Source: Escherichia coli O127:H6 str. E2348/69 (GTDB lineage: Bacteria > Pseudomonadota > Gammaproteobacteria > Enterobacterales > Enterobacteriaceae). From it: a DNA stretch of 64,000 nucleotides. The notes under the pieces were generated by a model, which worked only from the letters and a program-made list of their open reading frames with translations, was not told the DNA's origin and ran no database searches. The stretch's first letter is position 1. Every line of letters starts with the position of its first letter. Below, piece after piece: positions 1 to 11,439 of this stretch. Both the position numbers and the translations under genes were made by a program. The DNA lies in the NCBI RefSeq assembly GCF_000026545.1, contig NC_011601.1; one strand, 5' to 3'.

Positions 1-1
1 G

Positions 2-556
2 ACCATGGAAATCCACCACACCAAACACCATCAGACTTACGTCAACAACGCCAACGCGGCGCTGGAAAGCCTGCCAGAATTTGCCAACCTGCCGGTTGAA
101 GAGCTGATCACCAAACTGGACCAGCTGCCAGCAGACAAGAAAACCGTACTGCGCAACAACGCTGGCGGTCACGCTAACCACAGCCTGTTCTGGAAAGGTC
201 TGAAAAAAGGCACCACCCTGCAGGGTGACCTGAAAGCGGCTATCGAACGTGACTTCGGCTCCGTTGATAACTTCAAAGCAGAATTTGAGAAAGCGGCAGC
301 TTCCCGCTTTGGTTCCGGCTGGGCATGGCTGGTGCAAAAAGGCGATAAACTGGCGGTGGTTTCTACTGCTAACCAGGACTCTCCGCTGATGGGCGAAGCC
401 ATTTCTGGCGCTTCCGGCTTCCCGATTCTGGGCCTGGATGTGTGGGAACATGCTTACTATCTGAAATTCCAGAACCGCCGTCCGGACTACATTAAAGAGT
501 TCTGGAACGTGGTGAACTGGGACGAAGCAGCGGCACGTTTCGCGGCGAAAAAATAA
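2..556 (+). CDS. sodA: Manganese superoxide dismutase, 5'-truncated by window edge
   Basis: ORF 5..556; translation ([24 protein letters not shown]...FAAKK) matches SodA from residue ~24 as recalled; reading frame is open to the window start. Confidence 0.95.
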   Translation, partial: TMEIHHTKHHQTYVNNANAALESLPEFANLPVEELITKLDQLPADKKTVLRNNAGGHANHSLFWKGLKKGTTLQGDLKAAIERDFGSVDNFKAEFEKAAASRFGSGWAWLVQKGDKLAVVSTANQDSPLMGEAISGASGFPILGLDVWEHAYYLKFQNRRPDYIKEFWNVVNWDEAAARFAAKK

Positions 557-613
557 TCATTTGCCGCCTGCTGCAATGAGGCGTTTACGCCGCATTGCAG
601 CTTAAAAAATGAA

Positions 614-640
614 CCATCGCCAACGGCGGTGGTTTTTTTG
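614..640 (+). terminator. Rho-independent terminator downstream of sodA
   Basis: GC-rich inverted repeat CCATCGCC-AAC-GGCGGTGG followed by TTTTTTT; preceded by a second REP-like hairpin. Confidence 0.7.
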
Positions 641-815
641 TGATCAATTTCAAAATAAAAACAATGATCCGATAAAAATAAAACAGCGTTTCAATTGGTG
701 TGGTTTTGATCACTTTTATTGATCAAATGAATGTCTATCTTCGTTTCCATCAACACTGATGCTCCGTTGAGGAATGACGCATCAGCCCTTAAAAATATGC
801 CGACAGGTGATGGAA

Positions 816-1799
816 ATGCAGATAAAACGCTCGATTGAGAAAATCCCGGGGGGGATGATGCTCGTCCCGCTATTCCTTGGCGCACTGTGCCACACCTTCT
901 CGCCGGGGGCGGGGAAATATTTTGGATCATTCACCAACGGGATGATTACCGGTACGGTGCCCATTCTGGCGGTGTGGTTTTTTTGCATGGGGGCGTCAAT
1001 AAAATTAAGCGCGACGGGAACGGTACTGCGTAAATCCGGTACGCTGGTGGTAACTAAAATTGCCGTCGCGTGGGTGGTTGCGGCAATTGCCTCGCGCATT
1101 ATTCCGGAACATGGTGTTGAAGTTGGATTTTTTGCCGGACTTTCAACGTTGGCGCTGGTGGCGGCGATGGATATGACCAACGGCGGACTTTACGCTTCCA
1201 TCATGCAGCAGTACGGCACAAAAGAAGAAGCTGGGGCATTTGTGTTGATGTCGTTGGAGTCCGGGCCGCTCATGACGATGATTATTCTGGGCACTGCCGG
1301 GATTGCCTCGTTTGAACCGCATGTTTTCGTCGGCGCAGTATTGCCGTTCCTGGTGGGCTTTGCCCTGGGGAACCTTGACCCTGAGTTACGAGAATTTTTT
1401 AGCAAAGCGGTGCAGACGCTGATTCCATTCTTTGCCTTCGCATTGGGCAATACCATTGATTTGACTGTAATTGCCCAGACAGGTTTGCTGGGGATCCTGT
1501 TGGGTGTGGCAGTAATTATCGTGACCGGTATTCCGTTGATTATCGCCGATAAATTGATTGGCGGTGGCGATGGCACTGCCGGAATTGCCGCTTCCAGTTC
1601 CGCAGGGGCCGCGGTAGCGACACCTGTGCTGATTGCAGAAATGGTGCCTGCGTTTAAACCTATGGCTCCGGCAGCAACTTCGCTGGTCGCGACGGCGGTC
1701 ATTGTGACTTCGATTCTGGTGCCAATTCTTACCTCTATCTGGTCACGTAAAGTCAAAGCCAGAGCGGCGAAAATCGAAATTTTAGGTACGGTGAAATAA
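816..1799 (+). CDS. kdgT: 2-keto-3-deoxygluconate permease
   Basis: ORF 774..1799; canonical start [13 protein letters not shown] at internal Met gives 327 aa, matching KdgT as recalled; multi-pass hydrophobic protein. Confidence 0.9.
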
Positions 1800-1947
1800 A
1801 CCAACTTCCTTAATCCCCACAGCCGGATGAACTAACGTTCGTCTGGTTTTCAATTGCGTTTCTGCCTGGATACTTACCGCGAAAACAGCACGCCTGACAT
1901 AAAATAAATATGGTCTAATGGGGAAATTTCTCGTGGAGAGGGAACAG

Positions 1948-2622
1948 ATGCGATATCCGGTTGATGTATACACAGGCAAGATTCAGGCTTATCCCGAAGG
2001 CAAACCCAGCGCAATTGCCAAAATCCAGGTTGATGGTGAGTTGATGCTGACGGACCTGGGGCTGGAAGGTGACGAACAGGCGGAGAAAAAGATCCACGGC
2101 GGGCCAGACAGAGCGCTGTGTCATTATCCTCGTGAGCATTATCTCTACTGGGCGCGGGAATTTCCGGAACAGGCGGAGCTGTTTGTTGCGCCTGCGCTTG
2201 GCGAAAATCTCTCAACCGACGGTCTGACGGAAAGTAATGTTTATATTGGTGATATTTTCCGCTGGGGAGAGGCATTAATTCAGGTCAGCCAGCCACGCTC
2301 ACCTTGCTATAAACTCAATTACCATTTTGATATCAGCGATATAGCGCAGTTGATGCAAAACACGGGTAAAGTGGGGTGGTTGTATAGCGTAATTGCACCA
2401 GGGTTGGTATCTGCTGATGCGCCACTGGAGTTGGTTTCCCGTGTCAGCGATGTGACCGTGCAGGAGGCTGCCGCCATCGCATGGCATATGCCGTTTGATG
2501 ACGATCAGTATCACCGTTTACTCTCCGCCGCAGGGTTATCGAAAAGCTGGACGCGAACGATGCAAAAGCGCCGACTGAGCGGCAAGATCGAAGATTTTTC
2601 CCGCCGGTTGTGGGGAAAATAA
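1948..2622 (+). CDS. yiiM: MOSC-domain protein YiiM
   Basis: ORF 1918..2622; internal start MRYPVDVYTGKIQAYPEG gives 224 aa, matching YiiM as recalled. Confidence 0.9.
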   Translation: MRYPVDVYTGKIQAYPEGKPSAIAKIQVDGELMLTDLGLEGDEQAEKKIHGGPDRALCHYPREHYLYWAREFPEQAELFVAPALGENLSTDGLTESNVYIGDIFRWGEALIQVSQPRSPCYKLNYHFDISDIAQLMQNTGKVGWLYSVIAPGLVSADAPLELVSRVSDVTVQEAAAIAWHMPFDDDQYHRLLSAAGLSKSWTRTMQKRRLSGKIEDFSRRLWGK

Positions 2623-2631
2623 CCCCCGGAG

Positions 2632-2720
2632 TGTAGGCCTGATAAGACGCTATCAGCGTCGCATCAGGCATCCTGCTCAAATGCCGGATGCGGCGTAAAC
2701 GCCTTATCCTGCCTACAAAT
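2632..2720. repeat. REP/BIME palindromic repeat cluster between yiiM and cpxA
   Basis: Tandem REP-type sequences (TAGGCCTGATAAGACGC...GCATCAGGC; GCCGGATGCGGCGTAAACGCCTTATC). Confidence 0.75.
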
Positions 2721-2727
2721 GCGGAGT

Positions 2728-4101
2728 TTAACTCCGCTTATACAGCGGCAACCAAATCACCAGCCGTAAACCGCCCAGCGGGCTGTCTTCTGCCTTCACC
2801 CAGCCACGATGCTGCTGAATGGCGGTTTCTACAATCGCCAGCCCCAAACCTGTACCGCCAGATTCACGATCGCGTGCTTCATCGGTCCGATAGAATGGAC
2901 GGAAAATCTGTTCGCGATCTTCCGGGCTAACGCCAGGACCATCGTCGTCCACCGTAATGGTGATACCGTCTTTATCTACCGCAAAGCCCACTTCAATCTT
3001 CGTATGGGAATAACGCAGAGCATTACGAACAATGTTTTCCAGCGCACTTTCCAGGGCGTTCGGGTTGCCGTACAGCGGCCACGGCCCAGGTGGGAAGTTA
3101 ACCGTCAACGACTTGCCCATTTGCTCGGCTTCGAACGCCGCGTTATCCAGCACTTCACTCCACAACTGGTTGGCTTTGATGGTCTCGCTAACCAGCGCAT
3201 TTTTCTGCTGATTACGTGACATCACCAACAGATCGTTGATCATGCTGTCCAGACGTTGCGCTTCGGTTTCAATACGCTCCAGTTCCTTGCTTTCACCGCT
3301 ACGACGGCGCAGTAACGCCGTACCCAGTTGCAGACGCGTCAGCGGGGTGCGCAGTTCGTGAGAGATATCAGAAAGTAGACGCTGCTGAGAGGTCATCATG
3401 CGCTCCAGCGCGGTGACCATCTGGTTAAAACTGGCACCGGCGGCAAGGAATTCCTGTGGCCCCGCTTCCAGTTCCGGGTGCTGGCGTAAGTTTCCCTGGG
3501 CAACTTCATCGGCAGCGTTTTTCAGCTTACGCGCCGGTTTTGCCAGACTCCAGGCCAACCACAACAGCAGCGGCGTACTGACCAGCATGGTGACAATCAG
3601 CAGTAATAGCGGGCGGTCAAACAGTAAGTTGATGAAATCGGATTGAGAACTGCTGGCCGGACGAATCAGATAAAGTTGGTAATTATCTTCGCCATCACGC
3701 ACGGAGAACGGACCGACCAGTTCCACGCGGCCATACTTTTTCTTCTGCGGATGATCGGCGTTATCGGCCTGACCAATAAAGTTACGAATGATCTGCATTT
3801 CGCTGCGTTCAGCGCCGATCACGCGGCCTTCGGTGGTCACCAGTAACAAACGCTGTCCTGGCGGTGCCCACTTATCAATCGCCCGGAACAGACGCCGCCA
3901 CCACATTAAATCGTTGGGCGGATCGTTCGCCAGCTCCGCTTCGACATGCTGCTCAATCATCAGACCCTGACGCTGTTCGCTATCCAGAAGCTCGGTCATC
4001 TGGCGTGAATCGAGCTTGGGTAACATCAAAACCAACATCAACACCAGCGCCAGCGTCAGCCAGAAGATGGCGAAGATGCGCGCGGTTAAGCTGCCTATCA
4101 T
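2728..4101 (-). CDS. cpxA: Envelope-stress sensor histidine kinase CpxA
   Basis: 457-aa ORF; two TM segments, HAMP, H-box (SHELRTPLTRL) and ATPase motifs; overlaps cpxR stop by 4 bp. Confidence 0.95.
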   Translation of the reverse strand: MIGSLTARIFAIFWLTLALVLMLVLMLPKLDSRQMTELLDSEQRQGLMIEQHVEAELANDPPNDLMWWRRLFRAIDKWAPPGQRLLLVTTEGRVIGAERSEMQIIRNFIGQADNADHPQKKKYGRVELVGPFSVRDGEDNYQLYLIRPASSSQSDFINLLFDRPLLLLIVTMLVSTPLLLWLAWSLAKPARKLKNAADEVAQGNLRQHPELEAGPQEFLAAGASFNQMVTALERMMTSQQRLLSDISHELRTPLTRLQLGTALLRRRSGESKELERIETEAQRLDSMINDLLVMSRNQQKNALVSETIKANQLWSEVLDNAAFEAEQMGKSLTVNFPPGPWPLYGNPNALESALENIVRNALRYSHTKIEVGFAVDKDGITITVDDDGPGVSPEDREQIFRPFYRTDEARDRESGGTGLGLAIVETAIQQHRGWVKAEDSPLGGLRLVIWLPLYKRS

Positions 4102-4796
4102 GAAGCAGAAACCATCAGATAGCCGCGACCACGCAGGGTTTTAAACCACGGGTGACCATCTTTACGATCCGGCAGTTTACGACGCAGGTTGGAAATGTGC
4201 ATATCGATAGCGCGGTCGAAAGGCGTCAGGCGCTTGCCCAGCACTTCCTGGCTTAAATGCTCACGGGAAACCACCTGACCCAGATGCTGTGCCAGCAAAT
4301 AGAGCAGGGTAAACTCAGTACCGGTTAACTCCAGTGTTTGCCCGTCGAAGCTGGCTTCCTGGCGACCAGGATTGAGACTTAAGGCATCAACTTCCAGTGT
4401 CGGTGAACCGTTGTCGTTGTTTTGCTGTTGTTCGCTCCAGTGCGAACGGCGCAGGATCGCGCGAATACGTGCCACCAGCTCACGATCATTAAACGGTTTT
4501 GGGAGATAGTCATCTGCGCCCAGCTCAAGCCCGAGAACGCGATCAAGTTCACTGCCGCGCGCCGTCAACATAATGACAGGCGTCTGGTGTGTCTGGCGAA
4601 GTGCTTTTAATGTGTCGATACCATTTTTCTTCGGCATCATTACATCAAGCAAAAGTAAATCAATGCTGTCGTCCAGAAGATCAAGCGCCTGTTCCCCATC
4701 GTGGGCAACAATCACGTTGAAGCCTTCCATCTCGAGCAGCTCCTTTAATAGGGAAGTCAGCTCTCGGTCATCATCAACTAACAGGATTTTATTCAT
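4098..4796 (-). CDS. cpxR: OmpR-family response regulator CpxR
   Basis: 232-aa ORF beginning MNKILLVDDDRELTSLLKELL; receiver plus winged-helix output domain. Confidence 0.95.
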   Translation of the reverse strand: MNKILLVDDDRELTSLLKELLEMEGFNVIVAHDGEQALDLLDDSIDLLLLDVMMPKKNGIDTLKALRQTHQTPVIMLTARGSELDRVLGLELGADDYLPKPFNDRELVARIRAILRRSHWSEQQQNNDNGSPTLEVDALSLNPGRQEASFDGQTLELTGTEFTLLYLLAQHLGQVVSREHLSQEVLGKRLTPFDRAIDMHISNLRRKLPDRKDGHPWFKTLRGRGYLMVSAS

Positions 4797-4851
4797 TGTT
4801 TAAATACCTCCGAGGCAGAAATTACGTCATCAGACGTCGCTAATCCATGAC

Positions 4852-4866
4852 TTTACGTTGTTTTAC
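4852..4866. promoter_or_regulatory. CpxR-P binding box in the divergent cpxP / cpxRA promoter region
   Basis: Plus strand TTTAC-GTTGT-TTTAC is the reverse complement of the CpxR consensus GTAAA-N5-GTAAA. Confidence 0.75.
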
Positions 4867-4945
4867 ACCCCCTGACGCATGTTTGCAGCCTGAATCGTAA
4901 ACTCTCTATCGTTGAATCGCGACAGAAAGATTTTGGGAGCAAATG

Positions 4946-5446
4946 ATGCGCATAGTTACCGCTGCCGTCATGGCCTCAACGCTGGCAGTCAGTTCATTAA
5001 GCCACGCTGCTGAAGTCGGTTCAGGCGATAACTGGCATCCGGGTGAAGAACTTACGCAGCGCAGTACGCAGAGCCATATGTTCGACGGCATAAGTTTAAC
5101 CGAACATCAGCGTCAGCAGATGCGAGATCTTATGCAACAGGCCCGGCACGAACAGCCTCCTGTTAATGTTAGCGAACTGGAGACAATGCATCGCCTTGTC
5201 ACCGCAGAAAATTTTGATGAAAACGCTGTGCGTGCACAGGCAGAAAAAATGGCGAACGAGCAAATAGCTCGTCAGGTTGAGATGGCAAAAGTCCGCAACC
5301 AAATGTATCGCCTGTTAACGCCGGAGCAGCAAGCGGTTTTAAACGAGAAACATCAACAACGAATGGAGCAGTTGCGCGACGTGACGCAATGGCAAAAAAG
5401 TTCATCGTTGAAGCTATTGAGTAGTAGCAACTCACGTTCCCAGTAG
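4946..5446 (+). CDS. cpxP: Periplasmic Cpx pathway inhibitor/adaptor CpxP
   Basis: ORF 4943..5446; start [21 protein letters not shown] (signal peptide) gives 166 aa; divergent from cpxRA with a CpxR box in the intergenic region. Confidence 0.93.
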
Positions 5447-5486
5447 TAAACCCTGTTTTCCTTGCCATAGACACCATCCCTGTCTT

Positions 5487-5513
5487 CCCCCACATGATGT
5501 GGGGGTTTTTTTA
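5487..5513 (+). terminator. Rho-independent terminator downstream of cpxP
   Basis: CCCCCACAT-G-ATGTGGGGG stem followed by TTTTTTT. Confidence 0.8.
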
Positions 5514-5593
5514 TCCTCAATTTGCCTGCTGCTTAATGCATTGCAGATGATTTGCTTCCGTTATACTACCGTCAGTTGATAGCGGGAGTATTT

Positions 5594-6496
5594 ATGAATC
5601 AATCTTATGGACGGCTGGTCAGTCGGGCGGCGATTGCTGCGACGGCGATGGCTTCGCTGCTATTGCTGATTAAAATTTTTGCATGGTGGTATACCGGGTC
5701 GGTGAGTATTCTCGCCGCGCTGGTGGATTCGCTGGTGGATATCGGCGCGTCGTTGACGAATTTACTGGTGGTGCGATATTCCCTGCAACCTGCCGACGAT
5801 AATCACTCGTTTGGTCACGGTAAAGCTGAGTCTCTCGCGGCGCTGGCGCAAAGTATGTTTATCTCCGGTTCGGCACTATTCCTGTTTTTGACGGGTATTC
5901 AACATCTGGTATCTCCAACACCGATGACAGATCCAGGCGTCGGGGTTATCGTGACAATTGTGGCGCTAATTTGTACGATTATCCTTGTCTCGTTTCAGCG
6001 TTGGGTGGTGCGCCGGACGCAAAGCCAGGCGGTGCGGGCTGATATGCTACATTACCAGTCTGATGTTATGATGAACGGCGCAATTCTGCTGGCGCTGGGG
6101 TTGTCCTGGTACGGCTGGCATCGCGCCGATGCTCTGTTTGCATTGGGGATCGGCATCTATATTTTATATAGCGCGTTACGCATGGGATATGAGGCGGTAC
6201 AGTCATTACTGGATCGCGCATTGCCTGATGAGGAACGGCAAGAAATTATTGATATCGTGGCTTCCTGGCCGGGTGTTAGCGGCGCTCACGATCTTCGCAC
6301 GCGGCAGTCAGGGCCGACCCGCTTTATTCAGATTCATTTGGAAATGGAAGACTCTCTGCCTTTGGTTCAGGCACATATGGTGGCGGATCAGGTAGAGCAG
6401 GCTATTTTACGGCGTTTTCCGGGATCGGATGTGATTATCCATCAGGACCCCTGTTCCGTCGTACCCAGGGAGGGTAAACGGTCTATGCTTTCATAA
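5594..6496 (+). CDS. fieF: Cation-diffusion-facilitator Fe/Zn efflux transporter FieF (YiiP)
   Basis: ORF 5552..6496; internal start [24 protein letters not shown] gives 300 aa, matching FieF as recalled. Confidence 0.93.
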   Translation: MNQSYGRLVSRAAIAATAMASLLLLIKIFAWWYTGSVSILAALVDSLVDIGASLTNLLVVRYSLQPADDNHSFGHGKAESLAALAQSMFISGSALFLFLTGIQHLVSPTPMTDPGVGVIVTIVALICTIILVSFQRWVVRRTQSQAVRADMLHYQSDVMMNGAILLALGLSWYGWHRADALFALGIGIYILYSALRMGYEAVQSLLDRALPDEERQEIIDIVASWPGVSGAHDLRTRQSGPTRFIQIHLEMEDSLPLVQAHMVADQVEQAILRRFPGSDVIIHQDPCSVVPREGKRSMLS

Positions 6497-6676
6497 TCAG
6501 TATAAAAGAGAGCCAGACCCGCATTTTGTGTATAAAATACCGCCATTTGGCCTGACCTGAATCAATTCAGCAGGAAGTGATTGTTATACTATTTGCACAT
6601 TCGTTGGATCACTTCGATGTGCAAGAAGACTTCCGGCAACAGATTTCATTTTGCATTCCAAAGTTCAGAGGTAGTC

Positions 6677-7639
6677 ATGATTAAGAAAATCGGTGTGTTG
6701 ACAAGCGGCGGTGATGCGCCAGGCATGAACGCCGCAATTCGCGGGGTTGTTCGTTCTGCGCTGACAGAAGGTCTGGAAGTAATGGGCATTTATGACGGCT
6801 ATCTGGGTCTGTATGAAGACCGTATGGTACAGCTAGACCGTTACAGCGTTTCTGACATGATCAACCGTGGTGGTACGTTCCTCGGTTCTGCGCGTTTCCC
6901 GGAATTCCGCGACGAGAACATCCGCGCCGTGGCTATCGAAAACCTGAAAAAACGTGGGATCGACGCGCTGGTGGTTATCGGCGGTGACGGCTCCTACATG
7001 GGGGCAATGCGTCTGACCGAAATGGGCTTCCCGTGCATCGGCCTGCCGGGCACTATTGACAACGACATCAAAGGCACTGACTACACGATCGGTTTCTTCA
7101 CTGCGCTGAGCACCGTTGTAGAAGCGATCGACCGTCTGCGTGACACCTCTTCTTCTCACCAGCGTATTTCCGTGGTGGAAGTGATGGGCCGTTATTGTGG
7201 CGATCTGACGTTGGCTGCGGCCATTGCCGGTGGCTGTGAATTCGTTGTGGTTCCGGAAGTTGAATTCAGCCGTGAAGACCTGGTAAACGAAATCAAAGCG
7301 GGTATCGCGAAAGGTAAAAAACACGCGATCGTGGCGATTACCGAACATATGTGTGATGTTGACGAACTGGCGCATTTCATCGAGAAAGAAACCGGCCGTG
7401 AAACCCGCGCAACTGTGCTGGGCCACATCCAGCGCGGTGGTTCTCCGGTGCCTTACGACCGTATTCTGGCTTCCCGTATGGGCGCTTACGCTATCGAGCT
7501 GCTGCTGGCAGGTTACGGTGGTCGTTGCGTAGGTATCCAGAACGAACAGCTGGTTCACCACGACATCATCGACGCTATCGAAAACATGAAGCGTCCGTTC
7601 AAAGGCGACTGGCTGGACTGCGCGAAAAAACTGTATTAA
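6677..7639 (+). CDS. pfkA: 6-phosphofructokinase I
   Basis: ORF 6581..7639; start [23 protein letters not shown] gives 320 aa; classic PFK GGDG motifs. Confidence 0.96.
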   Translation: MIKKIGVLTSGGDAPGMNAAIRGVVRSALTEGLEVMGIYDGYLGLYEDRMVQLDRYSVSDMINRGGTFLGSARFPEFRDENIRAVAIENLKKRGIDALVVIGGDGSYMGAMRLTEMGFPCIGLPGTIDNDIKGTDYTIGFFTALSTVVEAIDRLRDTSSSHQRISVVEVMGRYCGDLTLAAAIAGGCEFVVVPEVEFSREDLVNEIKAGIAKGKKHAIVAITEHMCDVDELAHFIEKETGRETRATVLGHIQRGGSPVPYDRILASRMGAYAIELLLAGYGGRCVGIQNEQLVHHDIIDAIENMKRPFKGDWLDCAKKLY

Positions 7640-7693
7640 TGATTTCGGAAAAAGGCAGATTCCTTTAGCCTGAAACCGATGACAGAAGCAAAA

Positions 7694-7793
7694 AGGCCTG
7701 ATGCGCTTCGCTTATCAGGCCTACATGAATTCTGTAATCTATTGAATTTGCAAACTTTTGTAGGCCGGATAAGGCGTTTGTGCCGCATCCGGC
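7694..7793. repeat. REP/BIME repeat cluster downstream of pfkA
   Basis: AGGCCTGATGCGCTTCGCTTATCAGGCCTAC and TGTAGGCCGGATAAGGCGTTTGTGCCGCATCCGGCA REP units in inverted orientation. Confidence 0.75.
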
Positions 7794-7958
7794 ATGGACA
7801 AAGCGCACTTTGTCAGCAATATGAGGCGGATTTCTTCCGCCTTTTTAATCCCCCAACATATACTCGCAAGTTATAGCCAATCTTTTTTTATTCTTTAATG
7901 TTTGGTCAACCTTCTGGCACGCTTTGCTCATCACAACACAACATAAGAGAGTCGGGCG

Positions 7959-8948
7959 ATGAAAAAGTGGGGCGTAGGGTTAACATTTTTGCTGGCGGCA
8001 ACCAGCGTTATGGCAAAGGATATTCAGCTTCTTAACGTTTCATATGATCCAACGCGCGAATTGTACGAACAGTACAACAAGGCATTCAGCGCCCACTGGA
8101 AACAGCAAACTGGCGATAACGTGGTGATTCGTCAGTCACACGGTGGTTCAGGCAAACAAGCGACGTCGGTAATCAACGGTATTGAAGCTGATGTTGTCAC
8201 GCTGGCTCTGGCCTATGACGTGGACGCGATTGCTGAACGCGGGCGGATTGATAAAGAGTGGATCAAACGTCTGCCGGATAACTCCGCACCGTACACTTCC
8301 ACCATTGTTTTCCTGGTACGTAAGGGTAATCCGAAGCAGATCCATGACTGGAACGATCTGATTAAACCGGGTGTTTCGGTGATCACGCCTAATCCGAAAA
8401 GCTCTGGTGGCGCGCGCTGGAATTACCTGGCAGCCTGGGGCTACGCGCTGCATCACAACAACAACGATCAGGCAAAAGCACAGGATTTTGTTCGTGCACT
8501 GTATAAAAACGTCGAAGTTCTGGATTCTGGCGCGCGCGGATCCACTAACACTTTTGTCGAGCGCGGAATTGGCGATGTACTGATTGCCTGGGAAAATGAA
8601 GCTCTGCTGGCAGCGAATGAACTGGGGAAAGATAAATTCGAAATCGTTACGCCGAGTGAGTCTATCCTCGCAGAGCCAACCGTGTCGGTGGTCGATAAAG
8701 TGGTCGAGAAAAAAGGCACCAAAGAGGTGGCGGAAGCCTACCTGAAATATCTCTACTCGCCAGAAGGTCAGGAAATTGCAGCGAAAAACTACTACCGTCC
8801 GCGCGACGCTGAGGTAGCGAAAAAGTACGAAAATGCGTTTCCAAAATTGAAGTTATTCACCATTGATGAAGAGTTCGGCGGCTGGACGAAAGCGCAAAAA
8901 GAGCATTTTGCTAACGGCGGTACGTTCGATCAGATCAGCAAACGCTGA
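7959..8948 (+). CDS. sbp: Periplasmic sulfate-binding protein
   Basis: 329-aa ORF with signal peptide [19 protein letters not shown]; matches Sbp as recalled. Confidence 0.93.
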   Translation: MKKWGVGLTFLLAATSVMAKDIQLLNVSYDPTRELYEQYNKAFSAHWKQQTGDNVVIRQSHGGSGKQATSVINGIEADVVTLALAYDVDAIAERGRIDKEWIKRLPDNSAPYTSTIVFLVRKGNPKQIHDWNDLIKPGVSVITPNPKSSGGARWNYLAAWGYALHHNNNDQAKAQDFVRALYKNVEVLDSGARGSTNTFVERGIGDVLIAWENEALLAANELGKDKFEIVTPSESILAEPTVSVVDKVVEKKGTKEVAEAYLKYLYSPEGQEIAAKNYYRPRDAEVAKKYENAFPKLKLFTIDEEFGGWTKAQKEHFANGGTFDQISKR

Positions 8949-9054
8949 TTTCCCCAGGATAATTATCAAGCCCGGTGGTTTCTCGCGACTGGGTTTTTTA
9001 TTTGTCACGATTTTGCGTTACCCTTGCATCTCTTTGAGGTACAGGGAAAAAAAG

Positions 9055-9810
9055 ATGAAAAAAGCGGGTCTTCTTTTTTTGGTGATGATAGTTATCGCCG
9101 TTGTGGCTGCCGGTATTGGTTACTGGAAATTAACCGGTGAAGAGTCAGACACGTTACGTAAGATTGTTCTTGAGCAATGTTTGCCCAACCAGCAGGAAAA
9201 CCAAAACCCGTCGCCATGTGCGGAAGTCAAACCCAACGCCGGATACGTGGTTTTAAAAGATCGTCATGGCCCACTGCAATATCTGTTGATGCCAACGTAC
9301 CGTATTAACGGTACTGAAAGCCCATTGTTGACCGATCCGTCAACGCCTAATTTTTTCTGGTTAGCCTGGCAGGCGCGTGATTTTATGAGCCAAAAATACG
9401 GCCAGCCTGTTCCCGATCGCGCGGTATCTCTGGCGATCAACTCCCGGACCGGGCGTACGCAAAACCATTTTCATATTCATATTTCTTGTATTCGTCCTGA
9501 TGTGCGCGAACAACTGGATAACAATCTGGCGAACATCAGTAGCCGCTGGTTGCCACTGCCAGGTGGTTTGCGTGGGCATGAGTACCTGGCGCGTCGGGTA
9601 ACGGAAAGCGAACTGGTACAACGCAGCCCATTTATGATGCTGGCGGAAGAAGTGCCTGAGGCGCGGGAACATATGGGAAGCTACGGGCTGGCGATGGTAC
9701 GGCAGAGTGATAACTCATTTGTATTGCTGGCGACACAACGAAATCTACTGACGCTGAACCGTGCTTCAGCCGAGGAAATCCAGGATCATCAGTGTGAGAT
9801 TTTGCGTTAA
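9055..9810 (+). CDS. cdh: CDP-diacylglycerol pyrophosphatase
   Basis: ORF 8863..9810; start [20 protein letters not shown] gives 251 aa, matching Cdh as recalled. Confidence 0.9.
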   Translation: MKKAGLLFLVMIVIAVVAAGIGYWKLTGEESDTLRKIVLEQCLPNQQENQNPSPCAEVKPNAGYVVLKDRHGPLQYLLMPTYRINGTESPLLTDPSTPNFFWLAWQARDFMSQKYGQPVPDRAVSLAINSRTGRTQNHFHIHISCIRPDVREQLDNNLANISSRWLPLPGGLRGHEYLARRVTESELVQRSPFMMLAEEVPEAREHMGSYGLAMVRQSDNSFVLLATQRNLLTLNRASAEEIQDHQCEILR

Positions 9811-9864
9811 GGCGAGGAGTTTAGGAAAGTAAGTGCCGGATATGAAATCCGGCACCTGTCAGAC

Positions 9865-10632
9865 TTAAGCCTGTTTAGCCGCTTCTGCAGCTTTAACGAT
9901 CACGGCGAAAGCGTCAGCTTTCAGAGAAGCACCGCCAACCAGCGCGCCGTCGATGTCTGGCTGAGCAAACAGTTCTGCAGCGTTAGACGCGTTTACAGAG
10001 CCGCCGTACTGAATGATCACTTGTTCAGCGATGTTAGCGTCAACTTTAGCAATGTGGTCACGGATGAATTTGTGAACAGCCTGTGCCTTAGCCGGAGTTG
10101 CAGATTTGCCAGTACCGATTGCCCATACAGGTTCGTAAGCGATAACCGCACCTTCGAATGCCGCAGCACCCTGAGTTTTCAGTACCGCGTCGATCTGACG
10201 TGCACAAACTTCTTCAGTTTTGCCCGCTTCGTTTTCCGCTTCGGTTTCACCGATGCACAGAACCGGAGTCAGTCCCTGCTCTTTCAGCACCGCGAATTTT
10301 TTCGCGATCAGTTCGTCAGATTCTTTGTGGTAAGTACGACGTTCAGAGTGGCCGATGATGATGTACTGTGCGCCGATGTCTTTCAGCATAGCAGCAGAGG
10401 TTTCACCGGTGAATGCGCCGGACAGGTTCAGGTCCACGTTTTGCGCACCCAGCATGATGTGGCTGCCTTCAGCTTCACGCTTCGCCATATCGATGTACAT
10501 TTCCGGTGGTGCGATTGCAACCGCACAGCCAGCAACACCTGCCAGCTCTTTACGCAGGTTAGATACCAGCTCGTGAACCATGTGGCGGCTGCCGTTCAGT
10601 TTCCAGTTACCCATCACTAAAGGATGTCGCAT
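9865..10632 (-). CDS. tpiA: Triosephosphate isomerase
   Basis: 255-aa ORF; [14 protein letters not shown]... with TIM active-site motifs ([11 protein letters not shown]). Confidence 0.96.
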   Translation of the reverse strand: MRHPLVMGNWKLNGSRHMVHELVSNLRKELAGVAGCAVAIAPPEMYIDMAKREAEGSHIMLGAQNVDLNLSGAFTGETSAAMLKDIGAQYIIIGHSERRTYHKESDELIAKKFAVLKEQGLTPVLCIGETEAENEAGKTEEVCARQIDAVLKTQGAAAFEGAVIAYEPVWAIGTGKSATPAKAQAVHKFIRDHIAKVDANIAEQVIIQYGGSVNASNAAELFAQPDIDGALVGGASLKADAFAVIVKAAEAAKQA

Positions 10633-10739
10633 TTTAATTCTCCACGCTTATAAGCGAATAAAGGAAGATGGCCGCCCCGCAGGGCAGCAGGTCTGTGAAA
10701 CAGTATAGAGATTCATCGGCACAAAGGCTTTGCTTTTTG

Positions 10740-11339
10740 TCATTTATTCAAACCTTCAAGCGATTCAGATAGCGCCAGCTTAATCGGTTCAACAGCGAAG
10801 GTCAGCCCCTTTTCGCCGTTGTCCGCGACAACATAACGCAGTGCACCTTCTGTCTCGGTGTAATAACGTTTGTTTTTCCCCGCCGTTAGTAGCGACTGCA
10901 GTTTTTTCTGGCTTTGAGTTTTGGTCATTAATGGGGTGAGTGTGCGGATCACCGCTGCCATGTATGCCTGAGCTTTCGTTTTCGCGGCTTTTTGCTCTGG
11001 CCCCTGGATGGGTAGCCAGGTTATTTGAATGCTTTTGATTTTTAAGGTACCGCGCTCCAGTGCAGTAGAAGCATACAAGTTCTCGTTAATTTTACTTGCT
11101 GCACGAGTGAGATTGGCTTTGTCGGGACTGCTGTCGATGGCACGAAATTCGTTCAGTGGCAGGCTGGGATTCTGGCTGTTAAAGTCTTCTCGAAACTGGC
11201 TGATGGAGAGATCGAAAGTAGGGGCTCCAGCCAGCAGATAAGGCGCGGTCGTTGCCGTATCTGGTGTTTGTGCATGCGCCGTTGTTGTAACGGTTAATGC
11301 AGAACATAAGAGAAAAAACAGCGTACACCCTGGCTTCAT
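10740..11339 (-). CDS. yiiQ: Conserved secreted protein YiiQ (DUF1454)
   Basis: 199-aa ORF with signal peptide; position and sequence match yiiQ as recalled. Confidence 0.85.
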   Translation of the reverse strand: MKPGCTLFFLLCSALTVTTTAHAQTPDTATTAPYLLAGAPTFDLSISQFREDFNSQNPSLPLNEFRAIDSSPDKANLTRAASKINENLYASTALERGTLKIKSIQITWLPIQGPEQKAAKTKAQAYMAAVIRTLTPLMTKTQSQKKLQSLLTAGKNKRYYTETEGALRYVVADNGEKGLTFAVEPIKLALSESLEGLNK

Positions 11340-11439
11340 TGACAGTACCTTTTGTTATGACTGGCTCCGATTAAAACGATATCTGTCGCCCTTGTCAAAA
11401 GGGTAGAATCCTGGAAAAGACAACCATCAAGGAACTTAC

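Noticed and set aside
2632-2720. Repeated palindromic units here and at 7694-7793, 14810-14870, 47013-47100, 57640-57740 and 62568-62621 that could be mistaken for CRISPR repeats
   Set aside because: They are REP/BIME-type imperfect palindromes (GCCGGATG...CATCCGGC / GTAGGCCTGATAAG) in intergenic positions, not regularly spaced direct repeats with unique spacers, and no cas genes are nearby.
6833-7561. 242-aa ORF on the minus strand inside pfkA, with similar long antisense or alternative-frame ORFs elsewhere (e.g. 14764-15537 and 15796-16389 in glpK, 19940-20935 in hslU, 23946-24623 in priA, 40574-41056 in katG, 58250-58774 in eptC, 62762-63406 in argE)
   Set aside because: Each lies entirely within a well-supported gene on the opposite strand or in another frame and has no start context or recognisable domain. 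These are typical shadow ORFs of GC-rich coding DNA.
8863-9054. Long N-terminal extensions offered by the ORF track for cdh (8863), and likewise for metB (27520), priA (25968), frwC (51574), glpK (16488), gldA (48286), eptC (59533), argE (63814) and katG (40199)
   Set aside because: The extensions overlap upstream genes or promoter regions and the internal Met gives the length I recall for the K-12 protein, often with a signal peptide or conserved N-terminus beginning there.
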